Source: Acidobacteriota bacterium (GTDB taxonomy: Bacteria; Acidobacteriota; CAIWXX01). From it: a stretch of 41,553 nt of DNA. The notes beneath the pieces were generated by a model, which did no database searches, was not told the DNA's origin, and saw only the letters and a list, made by a program, of their open reading frames with translations. Shown one piece after another: positions 1 to 9,687 of the stretch; the first letter of the stretch is position 1, and each line of letters starts with the position of its first letter. The stretch spans positions 1-41,553 of the forward strand of contig JBFMAF010000025.1 in the NCBI GenBank assembly GCA_040755995.1, read 5' to 3'. Made by a program: the position numbers and the translations under genes.

Positions 1-34
1 AAGTCACGCACCCGCGCTTGGCTCGTTTGGCCAT
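1..34 (-). CDS. 5' end of an unidentified gene running off the window (MAKRAKRGCVT...)
   Basis: ATG at 34-32 preceded by a strong RBS (AGGAGGTG, 46-39) on the minus strand; frame open to the window edge. Confidence 0.55.
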   Translation of the reverse strand, partial: MAKRAKRGCVT

Positions 35-103
35 GAATCACCTCCTGCTCGATCGCACCTGCGCTCGTACAGGAGGATATCAGAACTCTGAGTAAATGCA
101 ACA

Positions 104-358
104 TTATATACGGAACGTTCTACTAGTCTCAGATAGTGCCTTGAGCGCCTCCGGCGTGGACTCCTGGACAGCCTGTGCCCAAGCTGGTGACGCAGGCAGG
201 TAGTCCCAGGAATCCTCGTCGATGTCCAACACGGGGGCGCTGCTGTGGTAGATGATGCTCAGCAGCAGCGCCAGGAACGTCGGGAAGAGGATGAAGAGCA
301 TATATCTCGGTTGCCATATGAAGATCCGTTCGTGGCGTTCCGGGAAACTGGTCATCAT
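104..358 (-). CDS. small hypothetical membrane protein
   Basis: 84-aa ORF with one hydrophobic segment (YMLFILFPTFLALLLSIIY); no family recognised. Confidence 0.4.
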   Translation of the reverse strand: MMTSFPERHERIFIWQPRYMLFILFPTFLALLLSIIYHSSAPVLDIDEDSWDYLPASPAWAQAVQESTPEALKALSETSRTFRI

Positions 359-516
359 GAATGAACGCTCCGACGGGCCCGAGGTTGTGCCGTTGAGCGA
401 TCACAGGCTAGCCGAAGGCAATGAGCGATGCAATGCGCGAAAGGGGCGCTGGAAATGCGAGCGCGTCCCCAGCGATGCTGGGACCGCACACGCGGAGAGC
501 GGGAGAGTGGCCCCCC

Positions 517-547
517 CCGCGTCCCCGTGTCGCCGCGTCTCCGCGCC
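517..547. repeat. 8-bp imperfect tandem repeat (CCGYGTCN x~4)
   Basis: ccgcgtcc ccgtgtcg ccgcgtct ccgcgcc; reverse complement of the array at 29585-29616. Confidence 0.7.
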
Positions 548-585
548 GGATGTATAATCGCAGCCTGATTTCAGATGGAGGAGCC

Positions 586-2919
586 GTGAGATACGCCGCA
601 TCTGCTTTCATTCTTCTCTTTTCGGCTGTGCCGGCCCTGTGGCCCGCGCAGGTGACCCGAGTAGATTTCCTCTCCAGGCTCGGACTGGATGTCAACGGCG
701 CGGGGCCGCTTCTGATAAGAACGGATCCGCCGCGGAACCGTGTCGTCTTGGTCAACACATATACATCGTCCGTCACGTTGATCGCCGGCGGTGACCATTC
801 CGTCATCAACATCGCAATCGGCAGCCGTGTCCCTCAGTACCTCAAGTCCGAGTGCTTCGCGATCGACTCGAAGACGGGCGAGGTATACGTGATAGGGCAG
901 AGCGCGCTTCACGTGGTGGACCCCGGAGCGAGGCGCTGCAAGTCCGTAGAGACCCCGTGCCAATTTGAGATGGTTGCGGTCGACGAGGCATCCGGCGATG
1001 CCTATCTGGTCGGGCGCGAGTCGCGCAGCCTCGGCATCTTCCGCGCGCGCAGCGGGGACATCTCGTACGTCCCCTTCGCTGAGAAGGAAGAGAAGCTGGT
1101 CAACCTGAACATGACGCCTCCACCGCCGATTCGGAAGGTGGTCTTCGACGCAACGCTCAAACGAGTGATCGCGATCGACGGCTATACGTCTACGCTCATG
1201 ACGTTCGACCCGTCGAGTGGAAAGATGCTTTCCTCGCGCAGACTCGAGCTCGTGAGCGGCGCGAGGTGGCACTACGCGGGGTACAATCGCGAGAAACACC
1301 GCCTGTATGTGGTTGTCGAGACGGCCGAACGCCGCGTGGTGCAGGCAGCGCAGATCGACGTGACAGGGGAGGGGGACGTGATCGTCGAGCTCCCGCAGCT
1401 CACCGAAGCCGTCGGGGTTATCTACAACCCGGCGAGGGAGGAGGTCTACATCCCATACGATAACCACCCGACTGTTCACGTGGTGAGTTTCGCGGATGAC
1501 GGGGGGTCGCTCGAGGAGATAAAGATTCCGGCCTACGGAAACGACGCGACAGCCCTGGACGAAGCGGGCGACAGGCTTTACGTTGCGTCGTGGGCGTGGA
1601 GCGAAGTCGACCGCATCGATCTGAAGAGCCGCCGTCTGGAGCGGCGGTATCTTGACATGGGGGTCATCCCGCACCAATTCTCGGCGGCCTTCAATCCCGC
1701 CGACGGTCTGATCTACCTGCCGCTCGGCGCGACCGCGGTGAACGGTGTTTTCGGCGCCGCGGTGACCTTGCTGGACCCGTCGACCGGCGCCCGCCAGAAG
1801 GTGCTCTCCGGCTGGGCCCCGGTCGAACTGATCCAGCGGCCGGCGCACGAATCGTTCCTAGTTTTTAACTCAGAGGATGAGATGGCCGAGGTCCAGCCGG
1901 ACGGGAGCTTCCAGACTATCAAGCTGCCGTGCACGTATCCGCATCAGGCAGTCCCGTCGCCGGAGGGCAACGTGTATCTCTCGTACGGGCCTCACCAGTC
2001 CTACTGGCCGGTGGTTTACATATGGGGGGCCAAGAACGGGATACTCGGAATTGATTCGCGATCGCTGGAATTCTACGATCGTAGAATTCCGGAGCTGAGC
2101 CAGGGGATGGCCGTCGACGCCAGGGGCGTGCTCTACTCGCTGCAGAACAACTGGGGCGAGCAGAAGCAGTATCTCGTCGCGCTGCCGGACGAGGTGCGGG
2201 CCCCCAACATGGGCGACATGCGGATCGAGCTGGATGATACGGTGAACCGCGAGACGACGCAGCGGATCTTGAAGCACGACGAGGCCCTCGGCCGGCTCTA
2301 CATCGGGCGGATCGGTGAGAACGACGGCGACCCCGGCGTCCTGCAGCTCTTCGACATCGAGAGCCGGAAAGTTGTCGGGCGCCTGCTGACCGGCCTCACG
2401 CCGGCCGATATCGTTTTCGACGAGCGGTCAATCTACGTCGCCAACTTCGATTCCAATTCGGTGACGGTGGTGGACAAAGCCGGTGAGGCGCGGCAGGAGC
2501 TGCCGGTGGGACGAGGCCCCCTCAAGCTGGCGATCTGCGAGGGGATCCCTTTCGTCATCAACCACCTCGACAACACATTGCAGGAGGTCCGGCCAGGATC
2601 GAAGCCCCGTCAGATCCCGTTCGCAGGTCTGCCGGATGACCTGGCGGCCTGCGGGAAACGACTCGTGCTCACGTCACATTCGACGACCGAGCTTGCGATC
2701 ATGCAATACGATCCGGCTTCCGGTCGCTTCGAGCTGTTGCATCGCGAGAGGTACCCGTTCGGCGAGACGCGCTTCGATACGGGCAATACCGCCTTCTACC
2801 AACGCGGGCAGTTCGGCGACGCGATCTTCGAGATCACACGCATCCGCGAGGACGCGAAGAACCGGCTCTGGGTCACCGACTTCCTGGCCGGCAAGCTCTT
2901 CATCATCCAGCCGCGGTGA
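586..2919 (+). CDS. secreted YncE/YVTN-like multi-beta-propeller protein
   Basis: GTG at 586 after GGAGGAG RBS, with TATAAT at 553-558; signal peptide; repeated blades (YVANFDSNSVTVVD, PVGRGP, RLYVASW). ORF track starts at 421. Confidence 0.75.
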   Translation: MRYAASAFILLFSAVPALWPAQVTRVDFLSRLGLDVNGAGPLLIRTDPPRNRVVLVNTYTSSVTLIAGGDHSVINIAIGSRVPQYLKSECFAIDSKTGEVYVIGQSALHVVDPGARRCKSVETPCQFEMVAVDEASGDAYLVGRESRSLGIFRARSGDISYVPFAEKEEKLVNLNMTPPPPIRKVVFDATLKRVIAIDGYTSTLMTFDPSSGKMLSSRRLELVSGARWHYAGYNREKHRLYVVVETAERRVVQAAQIDVTGEGDVIVELPQLTEAVGVIYNPAREEVYIPYDNHPTVHVVSFADDGGSLEEIKIPAYGNDATALDEAGDRLYVASWAWSEVDRIDLKSRRLERRYLDMGVIPHQFSAAFNPADGLIYLPLGATAVNGVFGAAVTLLDPSTGARQKVLSGWAPVELIQRPAHESFLVFNSEDEMAEVQPDGSFQTIKLPCTYPHQAVPSPEGNVYLSYGPHQSYWPVVYIWGAKNGILGIDSRSLEFYDRRIPELSQGMAVDARGVLYSLQNNWGEQKQYLVALPDEVRAPNMGDMRIELDDTVNRETTQRILKHDEALGRLYIGRIGENDGDPGVLQLFDIESRKVVGRLLTGLTPADIVFDERSIYVANFDSNSVTVVDKAGEARQELPVGRGPLKLAICEGIPFVINHLDNTLQEVRPGSKPRQIPFAGLPDDLAACGKRLVLTSHSTTELAIMQYDPASGRFELLHRERYPFGETRFDTGNTAFYQRGQFGDAIFEITRIREDAKNRLWVTDFLAGKLFIIQPR

Positions 2920-2983
2920 GACTCGCTCGGGGGCGCAGTGCGGGCACCCCCGGCTGGCGGCAGCTGCGCCTCGTCGAGTTCAG

Positions 2984-3640
2984 CTATCTCGCCCTCAGGC
3001 CGGCAAGCTTCACGGCACCGCGATGATAGCCGTCCGGAAAGAGTTTCTCCAACTCCTCGATTTCGATGTTGAACGCTTCGCACGTCTCGTAGACAGTGGG
3101 AACGATCTGGGCCTTGTGGAAGTTCTGCCGGAGAAACCGGATGAGCTCCCACTGCTTCTCCGTCAGCGGCTCGGCCATCTTCATCTCGTGTGCCTTGTAC
3201 TGCGCATACTGCTCGTCCCACTCGGTCGGATCGACCAGGAAGCCGCGGATGTCGACTCTGTAGGTCTTATCCGGAGCTTTCTCAGCCGGCCCCGGTTCGA
3301 TGGGCAGATACTGATAATGCTGCAGATAGCCTTCTTTGTAAGTGAGCCCCGCCAGCTTGCAGGCGCCTCGCAGATAGCCGCTCGGGAAGAGCGCCTTCAG
3401 GTCCCTCAGGCGAAGTCCGTTCGCCTTGCACGTCTGATAGACGAGCGGGCATTTCCCGAACTCATCCAGCGTGCGCCGGATGAAATGGATCACGTCCCAA
3501 TGCTTCTTCGTCAATCCCTGCGGGATGCCCATATCGGGCGCCGTCGCCACGGCGAAGTTCTCGTCCCACTCACGGTAGTCCTTCAGGAAGCCCGTCGCGT
3601 CGACATGGTATTCCTTCCCGTTTACCTTGACTGTACACAT
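2984..3640 (-). CDS. tandem two-domain TusE/DsrC/DsvC-family sulfur relay protein
   Basis: Two copies of D..GFL....W.....A...LT..(H/Q)W..I.F.R...LFP.G...GA.KLAGL; ATG 3640 after AGGAGGAG RBS. Confidence 0.85.
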   Translation of the reverse strand: MCTVKVNGKEYHVDATGFLKDYREWDENFAVATAPDMGIPQGLTKKHWDVIHFIRRTLDEFGKCPLVYQTCKANGLRLRDLKALFPSGYLRGACKLAGLTYKEGYLQHYQYLPIEPGPAEKAPDKTYRVDIRGFLVDPTEWDEQYAQYKAHEMKMAEPLTEKQWELIRFLRQNFHKAQIVPTVYETCEAFNIEIEELEKLFPDGYHRGAVKLAGLRAR

Positions 3641-3723
3641 GACTCCTCCTCTTATAGAAACGGTTCGATGACTGCATGATGTGTGGGGTCCGGCGGCCGG
3701 CTCGCCGAACCGCTCCCGGCGTA

Positions 3724-4716
3724 TCACTTCGACTCCCATGCCCGAGCCTGACTGATGCGGCTGCGCGGAGGCACGCTGTGCGTCAGCCAGACGTTTCCGC
3801 CGATGACCGATCCTGAGCCGATGGTCACGCGCCCGAGGATCGTGGCACCCGCGTAGATGACCACATCGTCACCGATGATCGGATGTCGCGGAATTCCCTT
3901 GGTCAGATTGCCCTGCGCGTCGCGCGGAAAGCTCTTCGCGCCCAGCGTCACCCCCTGGTAGATCCGCACGCGGTCTCCTATCTCGCAAGTCTCGCCGATG
4001 ACCACTCCGGTCCCGTGGTCGATGAAGAATTTCTCGCCGATTCTCGCCCCAGGGTGGACGTCTATGCCGGTGCGCGCATGCGCAGACTCGGAGATCATCC
4101 GCGGGAGCAGGGGAACCTCGAGCTGGTGGAGCTCGTGAGCGATCCGGTGATTGGTGATCGCCAGGACCCCCGGATAGCAGAACACCGTCTCCTCCGCGCA
4201 GCTTGCCGCCGGATCGCCTTCGAATGCGGCAATGACGTCGGTGGCGAGCAGGTGGCGCACGCGAGGCAGTCGCTGGAGGAAACGATGCGTGGTCTCCAGG
4301 GTATGGTCATGGCACCCAACGCAGTACGCCGGATCGAGCGTGCAGTGAAAGCAGAACGCACGCTGGATCTGCTCTCGCAGCGACCGTTGCGCACGATCCA
4401 GAACCGCGCCTACGTGGAAATGCATGGTCTCGTCGTTGAGATCCGAGACCCCCGAGTACCCCGGGAACAGCACCGATCGAAGATCGTCGAGTATCCGAGC
4501 GACCTCCTCTCGCGAAGGCAATGCCTGCCTGCCTCCATGGTTGGCATTCCAGGATGCAATCCCTTCCGAAGCTGCGCATAGCGCCTCCACGATCGGAGTG
4601 ATCTCGAACTCGCGCACTGAAGTGTCTGGGCGTCTGCCGTCCAATGACACTCCTATTAGTCGACTGATCGGAGCTTCTACCCCTAATCGTTGTGGGTCAT
4701 TGTCCAGTAATGTCAT
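3724..4716 (-). CDS. cysE: serine O-acetyltransferase (EpsC/CysE type)
   Basis: GDPAA..EE...CYPG, HRIAHEL, TGIDVHPGARIG..FFIDHGTGVVIGET, IYQGVTLGA, RHP.IGD.V.IYAGATILG; alternative TTG start at 4644 with AGGAG RBS. Confidence 0.93.
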   Translation of the reverse strand: MTLLDNDPQRLGVEAPISRLIGVSLDGRRPDTSVREFEITPIVEALCAASEGIASWNANHGGRQALPSREEVARILDDLRSVLFPGYSGVSDLNDETMHFHVGAVLDRAQRSLREQIQRAFCFHCTLDPAYCVGCHDHTLETTHRFLQRLPRVRHLLATDVIAAFEGDPAASCAEETVFCYPGVLAITNHRIAHELHQLEVPLLPRMISESAHARTGIDVHPGARIGEKFFIDHGTGVVIGETCEIGDRVRIYQGVTLGAKSFPRDAQGNLTKGIPRHPIIGDDVVIYAGATILGRVTIGSGSVIGGNVWLTHSVPPRSRISQARAWESK

Positions 4717-4739
4717 TATATATTCCCTATTCGTCCGAT

Positions 4740-4768
4740 AGACTAGATCAGATGTTGGCTCATGTCAA
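4740..4768 (-). promoter_or_regulatory. putative sigma-70 promoter of the cysE-dsrC-like unit
   Basis: TTGACA (4768-4763), N17, TAGTCT (4745-4740), with an upstream A tract. Confidence 0.55.
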
Positions 4769-4919
4769 GAGGTTTTTTTTCACCCTCAGCGACCCAAGGG
4801 GCTCAAGTCCCGCGGGGTTAACCCAAGACATGCATCAGAGTCGGCTCCCCGCCTGCGACCCGACTATTAAACCCTTTGACCCTCCGCAGGAACGAAGGAA
4901 GATAGAAGGGAGATAGCAA

Positions 4920-5843
4920 ATGGTGAGAAAGACGGTTTCTCTGGTGCTGGTTGCGGTTTTCGCTGCGTGGCCGGCGTTTGCAGCGGATCAGGGTAGGGGC
5001 AACATTCGCAAAGACAAGAAGGAGATCATGAAGCTGGCGTCGAAGTCGGACTTCTTCACGTCGTATCTGACGGGCGATCGAAGGAACGCGGGTTCCGGCT
5101 GTCCAGCCGTCGCTGACTCCTCGGTGGCTCAGGCAGCGACCTCGAACGGCGGCGCGATCCTGCCGGAGCGCTGGTGGCGCAAGCTGGCTGGCGAGCCGGT
5201 CCGCAACTGGTCGATCACGGTGATTGGAGACACCGCGACTGCGTCCGTAGTGACCGATGCCGACGCAACGCTCTACGTCGACACTACGCACGACGGTGTC
5301 AAGAATCCCGGCACCAAGCCGATCGAGGATCGAATAACACGATACTCGACCTGGGTGAAGACGGACGGCAAGTGGAAGCTGAGCGAGATCTCGGCGGCCC
5401 AGGTCAACCTGCGGGAGATGGCCCGCCAGACAGTTTTCATTACCGAGGTGAAAGTGTCTGTCAACGGGCAGCTGGTCAGGGACGTCACCGATCCGACTGA
5501 GAAGATGAGCGTCGATACCGAGATCCTTCGCGTGCACAACGGCGATGTGGTCACCGTGGAATCGGCCGTTAGCAACTCGAGCCAGTCCGGGCTCGATCCC
5601 CTGACCTACGTCTACTGCCATCCGAATCGGCCGTCCGGCCGGAGAGACCTGATGTTCGATGACGGTGTCAATGGAGGAGACAAGGTCGCGGCCGACGGGA
5701 TCTGGACATACGAGTACACGGTGAACCTGAACCCGGGTGTGCACTTCGCCGCCGTGGACGCACTCGACTCGCTCTGCCTCCAGAACGAAACCGACGACGA
5801 CTACAACTCCAACGCCTGGGGCATGCCGTACGTAGTCGAGTAG
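4920..5843 (+). CDS. secreted hypothetical protein with choice-of-anchor-X-like acidic motif
   Basis: Signal peptide ending AFA-A; motif LMFDDGVNGGDKVAADGIWT; RBS upstream. Confidence 0.75.
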   Translation: MVRKTVSLVLVAVFAAWPAFAADQGRGNIRKDKKEIMKLASKSDFFTSYLTGDRRNAGSGCPAVADSSVAQAATSNGGAILPERWWRKLAGEPVRNWSITVIGDTATASVVTDADATLYVDTTHDGVKNPGTKPIEDRITRYSTWVKTDGKWKLSEISAAQVNLREMARQTVFITEVKVSVNGQLVRDVTDPTEKMSVDTEILRVHNGDVVTVESAVSNSSQSGLDPLTYVYCHPNRPSGRRDLMFDDGVNGGDKVAADGIWTYEYTVNLNPGVHFAAVDALDSLCLQNETDDDYNSNAWGMPYVVE

Positions 5844-6038
5844 CATACGATCCGAATCACAAGACCGACGGCGTGCCTGGGGCTCAGCGCGTGCGAATGT
5901 GAGTGAGCCCCACGCGCGCCGTCAAGACTCGGGCGTCGCGGGGTCTCGTGGAGCTGTTGCCCACTCGTCCTGGACGTGATTCAGCCGCCGTCACCTCCCC
6001 AGGAAACCGGATCGCCTCATGTTCCGTAGAGGGGGGCG

Positions 6039-7271
6039 ATGGGCACAATCGTCGCCTACAACCTGCTGTTGCTCTCGCTCGTCTCCATGTCGCTTGTGCC
6101 CCAGTGGCGAAACAGGACACGCTGCTCGGTCTTGCTGACCGCGTCGCTCGCTCTGGGCATCGCGCTCCTTGGCACAGTAGGTGCGCTCTGCGGGAGCGAC
6201 GACGTGTTCTGCAGTGCTCAGCTCCTGGCATGGACTGCGTTTGTCCACTACCCCGTCTTCCTCGCCGGCACGGCGGCCTGCTTGTATCAGCGAAGGCCGT
6301 TGCTCGCCTGCCTCTCTGCCACGACGAGCGCCGCTATGCTTCTCATCGGACTCGATGCGTTCCTCATTGAGCCGCACTGGCTCGAGGTGAGTCGAGCAAC
6401 GGTTTCCTCAGAGAAGCTGTCATCTCGCATTCGTGTTGCAGTGATCGCAGACCTTCAGACTGACGCCCCAGGGGCCTACGAGCGGGGCGTGCTGAGACAG
6501 GCAATGGATGAGAAGCCGGACATGATCCTGATGGCCGGCGACTACGTGCAGGCCAGGGATCTGGGCCGCTATGCGGAGCTCTGCAATGCAATGAACGCAA
6601 TCATGCACGAGGTGGGCCTACGGGCACCGCTCGGCACATACGCAGTCGGCGGAAATGTCGACCGGGCAGGCGTCTGGCCGCTTATCTCCACAGGGGGCGT
6701 CGTCGTTTTCGAACGGACATCGAGCGTCGATTTGGGACAGGTCGTCCTCACTGGACTGACCCACGCGGACTCGACTGATACTACCCTCCATGTCGCGGCG
6801 AGGCCCCAGTTCCACATCGTTCTGGGACACAGCCCGAATTTCGCACTCGGTGATGTCAATGCGGACCTCTTGATTGCGGGGCACACGCACGGAGGCCAGG
6901 TCCGGCTGCCGATGATCGGGCCCGGGCTGACTCTCTCGCGCATACCTCGACCGTGGGCGGCGGGCGTGACGGCTCTGGCACCCGGCAAGGTGCTCGTGGT
7001 CTCTCGCGGCATTGGAATGGAGCGAGGACTCGCCCCACGGATGCGCTTCCTGTGCCGTCCGGAGCTCGTCATCCTCGAGCTGCTCCCTACTAGGCGCGCT
7101 TCAGGGCACGACGACACGCAGGGCCGCGGGGACCATGCTGGGGTGCAGTTCCGCCAGACGATCGGGCCGGTCGAGCCTACGCCCGCGGACTTCGTCCCGC
7201 ACGCGCGCCAGCGGGCGCATGAAAGCCTCGGCGAGGTCGATACGCTCGATCTGCGAGCCCAGTGGCGGTAA
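6039..7271 (+). CDS. membrane-anchored metallophosphoesterase (YkuE/YaeI-like)
   Basis: N-terminal TM helices; ADLQ, GDYV, GNVD, HSP, AGHTHGGQV, VSRGIG, RFLCRPE motifs; the last ~55-60 aa look like read-through. Confidence 0.85.
   Translation: MGTIVAYNLLLLSLVSMSLVPQWRNRTRCSVLLTASLALGIALLGTVGALCGSDDVFCSAQLLAWTAFVHYPVFLAGTAACLYQRRPLLACLSATTSAAMLLIGLDAFLIEPHWLEVSRATVSSEKLSSRIRVAVIADLQTDAPGAYERGVLRQAMDEKPDMILMAGDYVQARDLGRYAELCNAMNAIMHEVGLRAPLGTYAVGGNVDRAGVWPLISTGGVVVFERTSSVDLGQVVLTGLTHADSTDTTLHVAARPQFHIVLGHSPNFALGDVNADLLIAGHTHGGQVRLPMIGPGLTLSRIPRPWAAGVTALAPGKVLVVSRGIGMERGLAPRMRFLCRPELVILELLPTRRASGHDDTQGRGDHAGVQFRQTIGPVEPTPADFVPHARQRAHESLGEVDTLDLRAQWR
7092..7200 (-). pseudogene. degenerate remnant of a diacylglycerol/lipid kinase 3' end
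   Basis: Encodes ELHPSMVPAALRVVVP* versus ELHVSVLPAALRVIAP* at the end of 9688-10590; 47/60 nt identical to 9679-9738 by hand alignment. Confidence 0.65.
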
Positions 7272-7305
7272 CGGCAGGCGCGGCGTCCCGTCCGGTGATC
7301 GTGAG

Positions 7306-9573
7306 TCAGGGGAGTTTCCTGGAGACGGAGTTGTTGGTCTCGTCCGCCTCGAGAACCGCGCCGAGCGCATCCACGGCTGCGATGATGTACTTGTGTTTGC
7401 TCGTCGGCGTGCCGCTCACCTTCAGCGCCACCGCGGCACCTGCCGCAAGCGCGCCCACTGACCGGGTCTTGAACAGCGTTGATTTCGACCCTGCTGACGC
7501 CTTCTTTGAGAAATAGAACCTGATCTCAAGGCTCCCGGCGCCGGCTGAGCCCTGGTTCCGGCATGAGAAGGTCGCGCTGACCTTGCTTCCCTTCTTGGTG
7601 ACTTTGGTCCAGGAACCGGTGAGATCTGCGCCGGCGGCGCCGCTGCCGATCCCGATCGTGCCGCTCTGGCCGCAGGAAACAGCGCCGGGCGCTGTCGTTG
7701 TCAGCGACCAGGGGTAGGCACCGTCCGTCGCGTAAGAGTGCGTCGGATTCTGCTCGGTCGACGTGCCCCCGTCTCCGAAATCCCACGCGTACGAAACGCT
7801 CCCGCCGGCACAGTCCTGGAGCGTCGCTGTCGATTGGAACGACACGGGATCGCCGACGCCGGCGCTCGCCGGCACGGTTGCCGAGCAGCTCACGCGGCAC
7901 ACCGGCACAGAGTTATAGTATTCGTAGGCACCGACGTCGAAAGCCGCACCCTGGGGGCGCGGGATCCCGTCGTGGTCGCGCGAGACGGAGGTGGCGACAC
8001 CTCGGTCGATCGCGGGGCTCCCGGACTGCAGGTGGTAGTCCGAAGCGCCGGCAAAGAGTGGATTCTGGTTGACGCAGCCCGCGTCCCACGCCTCGCATGG
8101 CCCGGCGCCGAAGACGAGATTGTTGGCGGGCGCGAAGCTCGATGAGCTGGAGCCTGCGTCGAACTCGTAGTACTGCTGCCCTGCCTGCGCCACGATGATG
8201 TTGTTGCGGAGCGTGATGCGCCCGGCCCCGGCCTCCTCGAGGTAGACCTGGGCGACGGCGTTTCCGGAGAGGGTGTTGTTCTCGATCCTGACCGTGCCCT
8301 GTGGATCGTTGACGCGAAGTCCTTCGGTTGAGCGCGAGCCGGCGATGATGTTGCCGGTCACGGTTACCGTGCCGAGGATCTCCGTGCCGCCGTCGCTGCC
8401 CCCGAGGATGAGGTTGTTGAGCTCGGAGCCGACCATCACGTTGTCGTGGATGCGAAGGTTGTCGACGATGTCGCCGGCGAGGTGGCCGTAGACCTGCATC
8501 GAGCGTCCGCCCTCCCGATTGCGGATTTCGTTCCACCCAACCTCGATGTCGCGGTTGATGCCGAACCCCTGAACGTAGATATCGTACGACTTGCCCGCGG
8601 GTGTGCCGTTCGAGTCCATGCGGTTGCCCAGGATCTTGATGGCGGAGGTGTCGCCGAAGACGCCGATCTTGTTGCCTTCGCCACCGTTGGAGAGGTCGTT
8701 GCCCACGATGCGCTGGCCGACTCCGATCACGAGGATCGCCTCGTCTATCAGCCCGAAACGCAAGTTGCCAATGACGATGTGCGAGAGGGGGCCCGCATCC
8801 TGGTTGAGGTAGATCCCTCGGCGGGCTGAGGCGTTTTGGAGGAGTGGCGGGTTGCCGGGGTAGCCCAGGTATGCGATCGGGGCCGACGCGGTCCCCGAGG
8901 CGCCGGCGCCCGTGTCCAGGAAAAGGAGCGTGTCCCATCCCGGCGCTCCGGGGTCCATCTGGGTGAACGTGCCGCCGATCACATAGACGATGTCTCCCGC
9001 CGCCATGGTCTGACGGGGGCGCCAGATGGTCGCCCATGGCTGAGTGTAAGTACCGGGGTTTCCGTCGTTGCCGGTCGCCTGGTTGACGAAGTAGATGATG
9101 CCGGCGCGCACCGTGAAGGGCAGTCCGTTGCTGGCCTGCCCGCCCACGGTGACAACGATGTTGCCGGAGCTGACGCCTGACCCGGGCTGCACGACGATGC
9201 GGTCCAGGCCGCGGGCTGCGTTGTCCTGCCCCCAGCTTGTCACACTCGCGACGGGCTGGCCGCCGATTGTGACGGTGGAGCCACCCTGCGAGGCGCCGAA
9301 GCCCTCGCCATAGATGCTGATGAACGCGCCCAGGTTGCTCTGACCACCGGTCTTCGGACCCGACTCGATGTCGGTGAACAGCAGGCGAGGCCCAGCCGTC
9401 TGGGCTCGCACAGGGGCGCTCGTCCCCGCGAGCATGATGGCGAACGCGAGAACGAGCTCTAGCGAGAAACCCGACCGGGCCGCAGCGGCGGTTCTCAACG
9501 TCACGGCAGACAGCAAAACCATTCCGAAACGTGCGTGCGTCGTGCGAGATCCGTCCATCTGTGGTCTCCTCAT
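7306..9573 (-). CDS. secreted/surface protein: IPT/TIG + right-handed beta-helix + choice-of-anchor Q + PKD + CARDB-like domain
   Basis: IYGEGFGASQGGSTVTIGG (IPT); GNDGNPGT..QPWATI and beta-helix repeats; DYHLQSGSPAIDRG...PRPQGAAFDVGAYEY; YAWDFGDGGTSTEQNPTHSY (PKD); VDALGAVLEADETNN (CARDB). Start uncertain (9672-9435). Confidence 0.85.
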   Translation of the reverse strand: MRRPQMDGSRTTHARFGMVLLSAVTLRTAAAARSGFSLELVLAFAIMLAGTSAPVRAQTAGPRLLFTDIESGPKTGGQSNLGAFISIYGEGFGASQGGSTVTIGGQPVASVTSWGQDNAARGLDRIVVQPGSGVSSGNIVVTVGGQASNGLPFTVRAGIIYFVNQATGNDGNPGTYTQPWATIWRPRQTMAAGDIVYVIGGTFTQMDPGAPGWDTLLFLDTGAGASGTASAPIAYLGYPGNPPLLQNASARRGIYLNQDAGPLSHIVIGNLRFGLIDEAILVIGVGQRIVGNDLSNGGEGNKIGVFGDTSAIKILGNRMDSNGTPAGKSYDIYVQGFGINRDIEVGWNEIRNREGGRSMQVYGHLAGDIVDNLRIHDNVMVGSELNNLILGGSDGGTEILGTVTVTGNIIAGSRSTEGLRVNDPQGTVRIENNTLSGNAVAQVYLEEAGAGRITLRNNIIVAQAGQQYYEFDAGSSSSSFAPANNLVFGAGPCEAWDAGCVNQNPLFAGASDYHLQSGSPAIDRGVATSVSRDHDGIPRPQGAAFDVGAYEYYNSVPVCRVSCSATVPASAGVGDPVSFQSTATLQDCAGGSVSYAWDFGDGGTSTEQNPTHSYATDGAYPWSLTTTAPGAVSCGQSGTIGIGSGAAGADLTGSWTKVTKKGSKVSATFSCRNQGSAGAGSLEIRFYFSKKASAGSKSTLFKTRSVGALAAGAAVALKVSGTPTSKHKYIIAAVDALGAVLEADETNNSVSRKLP

Positions 9574-9687
9574 TCTGCGGCCGCCAACTCCAGATGCCTG
9601 GCGGCTCACGGACTCTGTCGCCCTCAACTTAAGATCGACCAAGACGGAGAACGTACTAGTGCGCCACGTCACAGGGCGAGGCGCGTC

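Noticed and set aside
2984..3640. Evidence for dissimilatory sulfite reduction (dsrC)
   Set aside because: Catalytic C-terminal cysteines missing and no dsrAB/dsrMKJOP in the window
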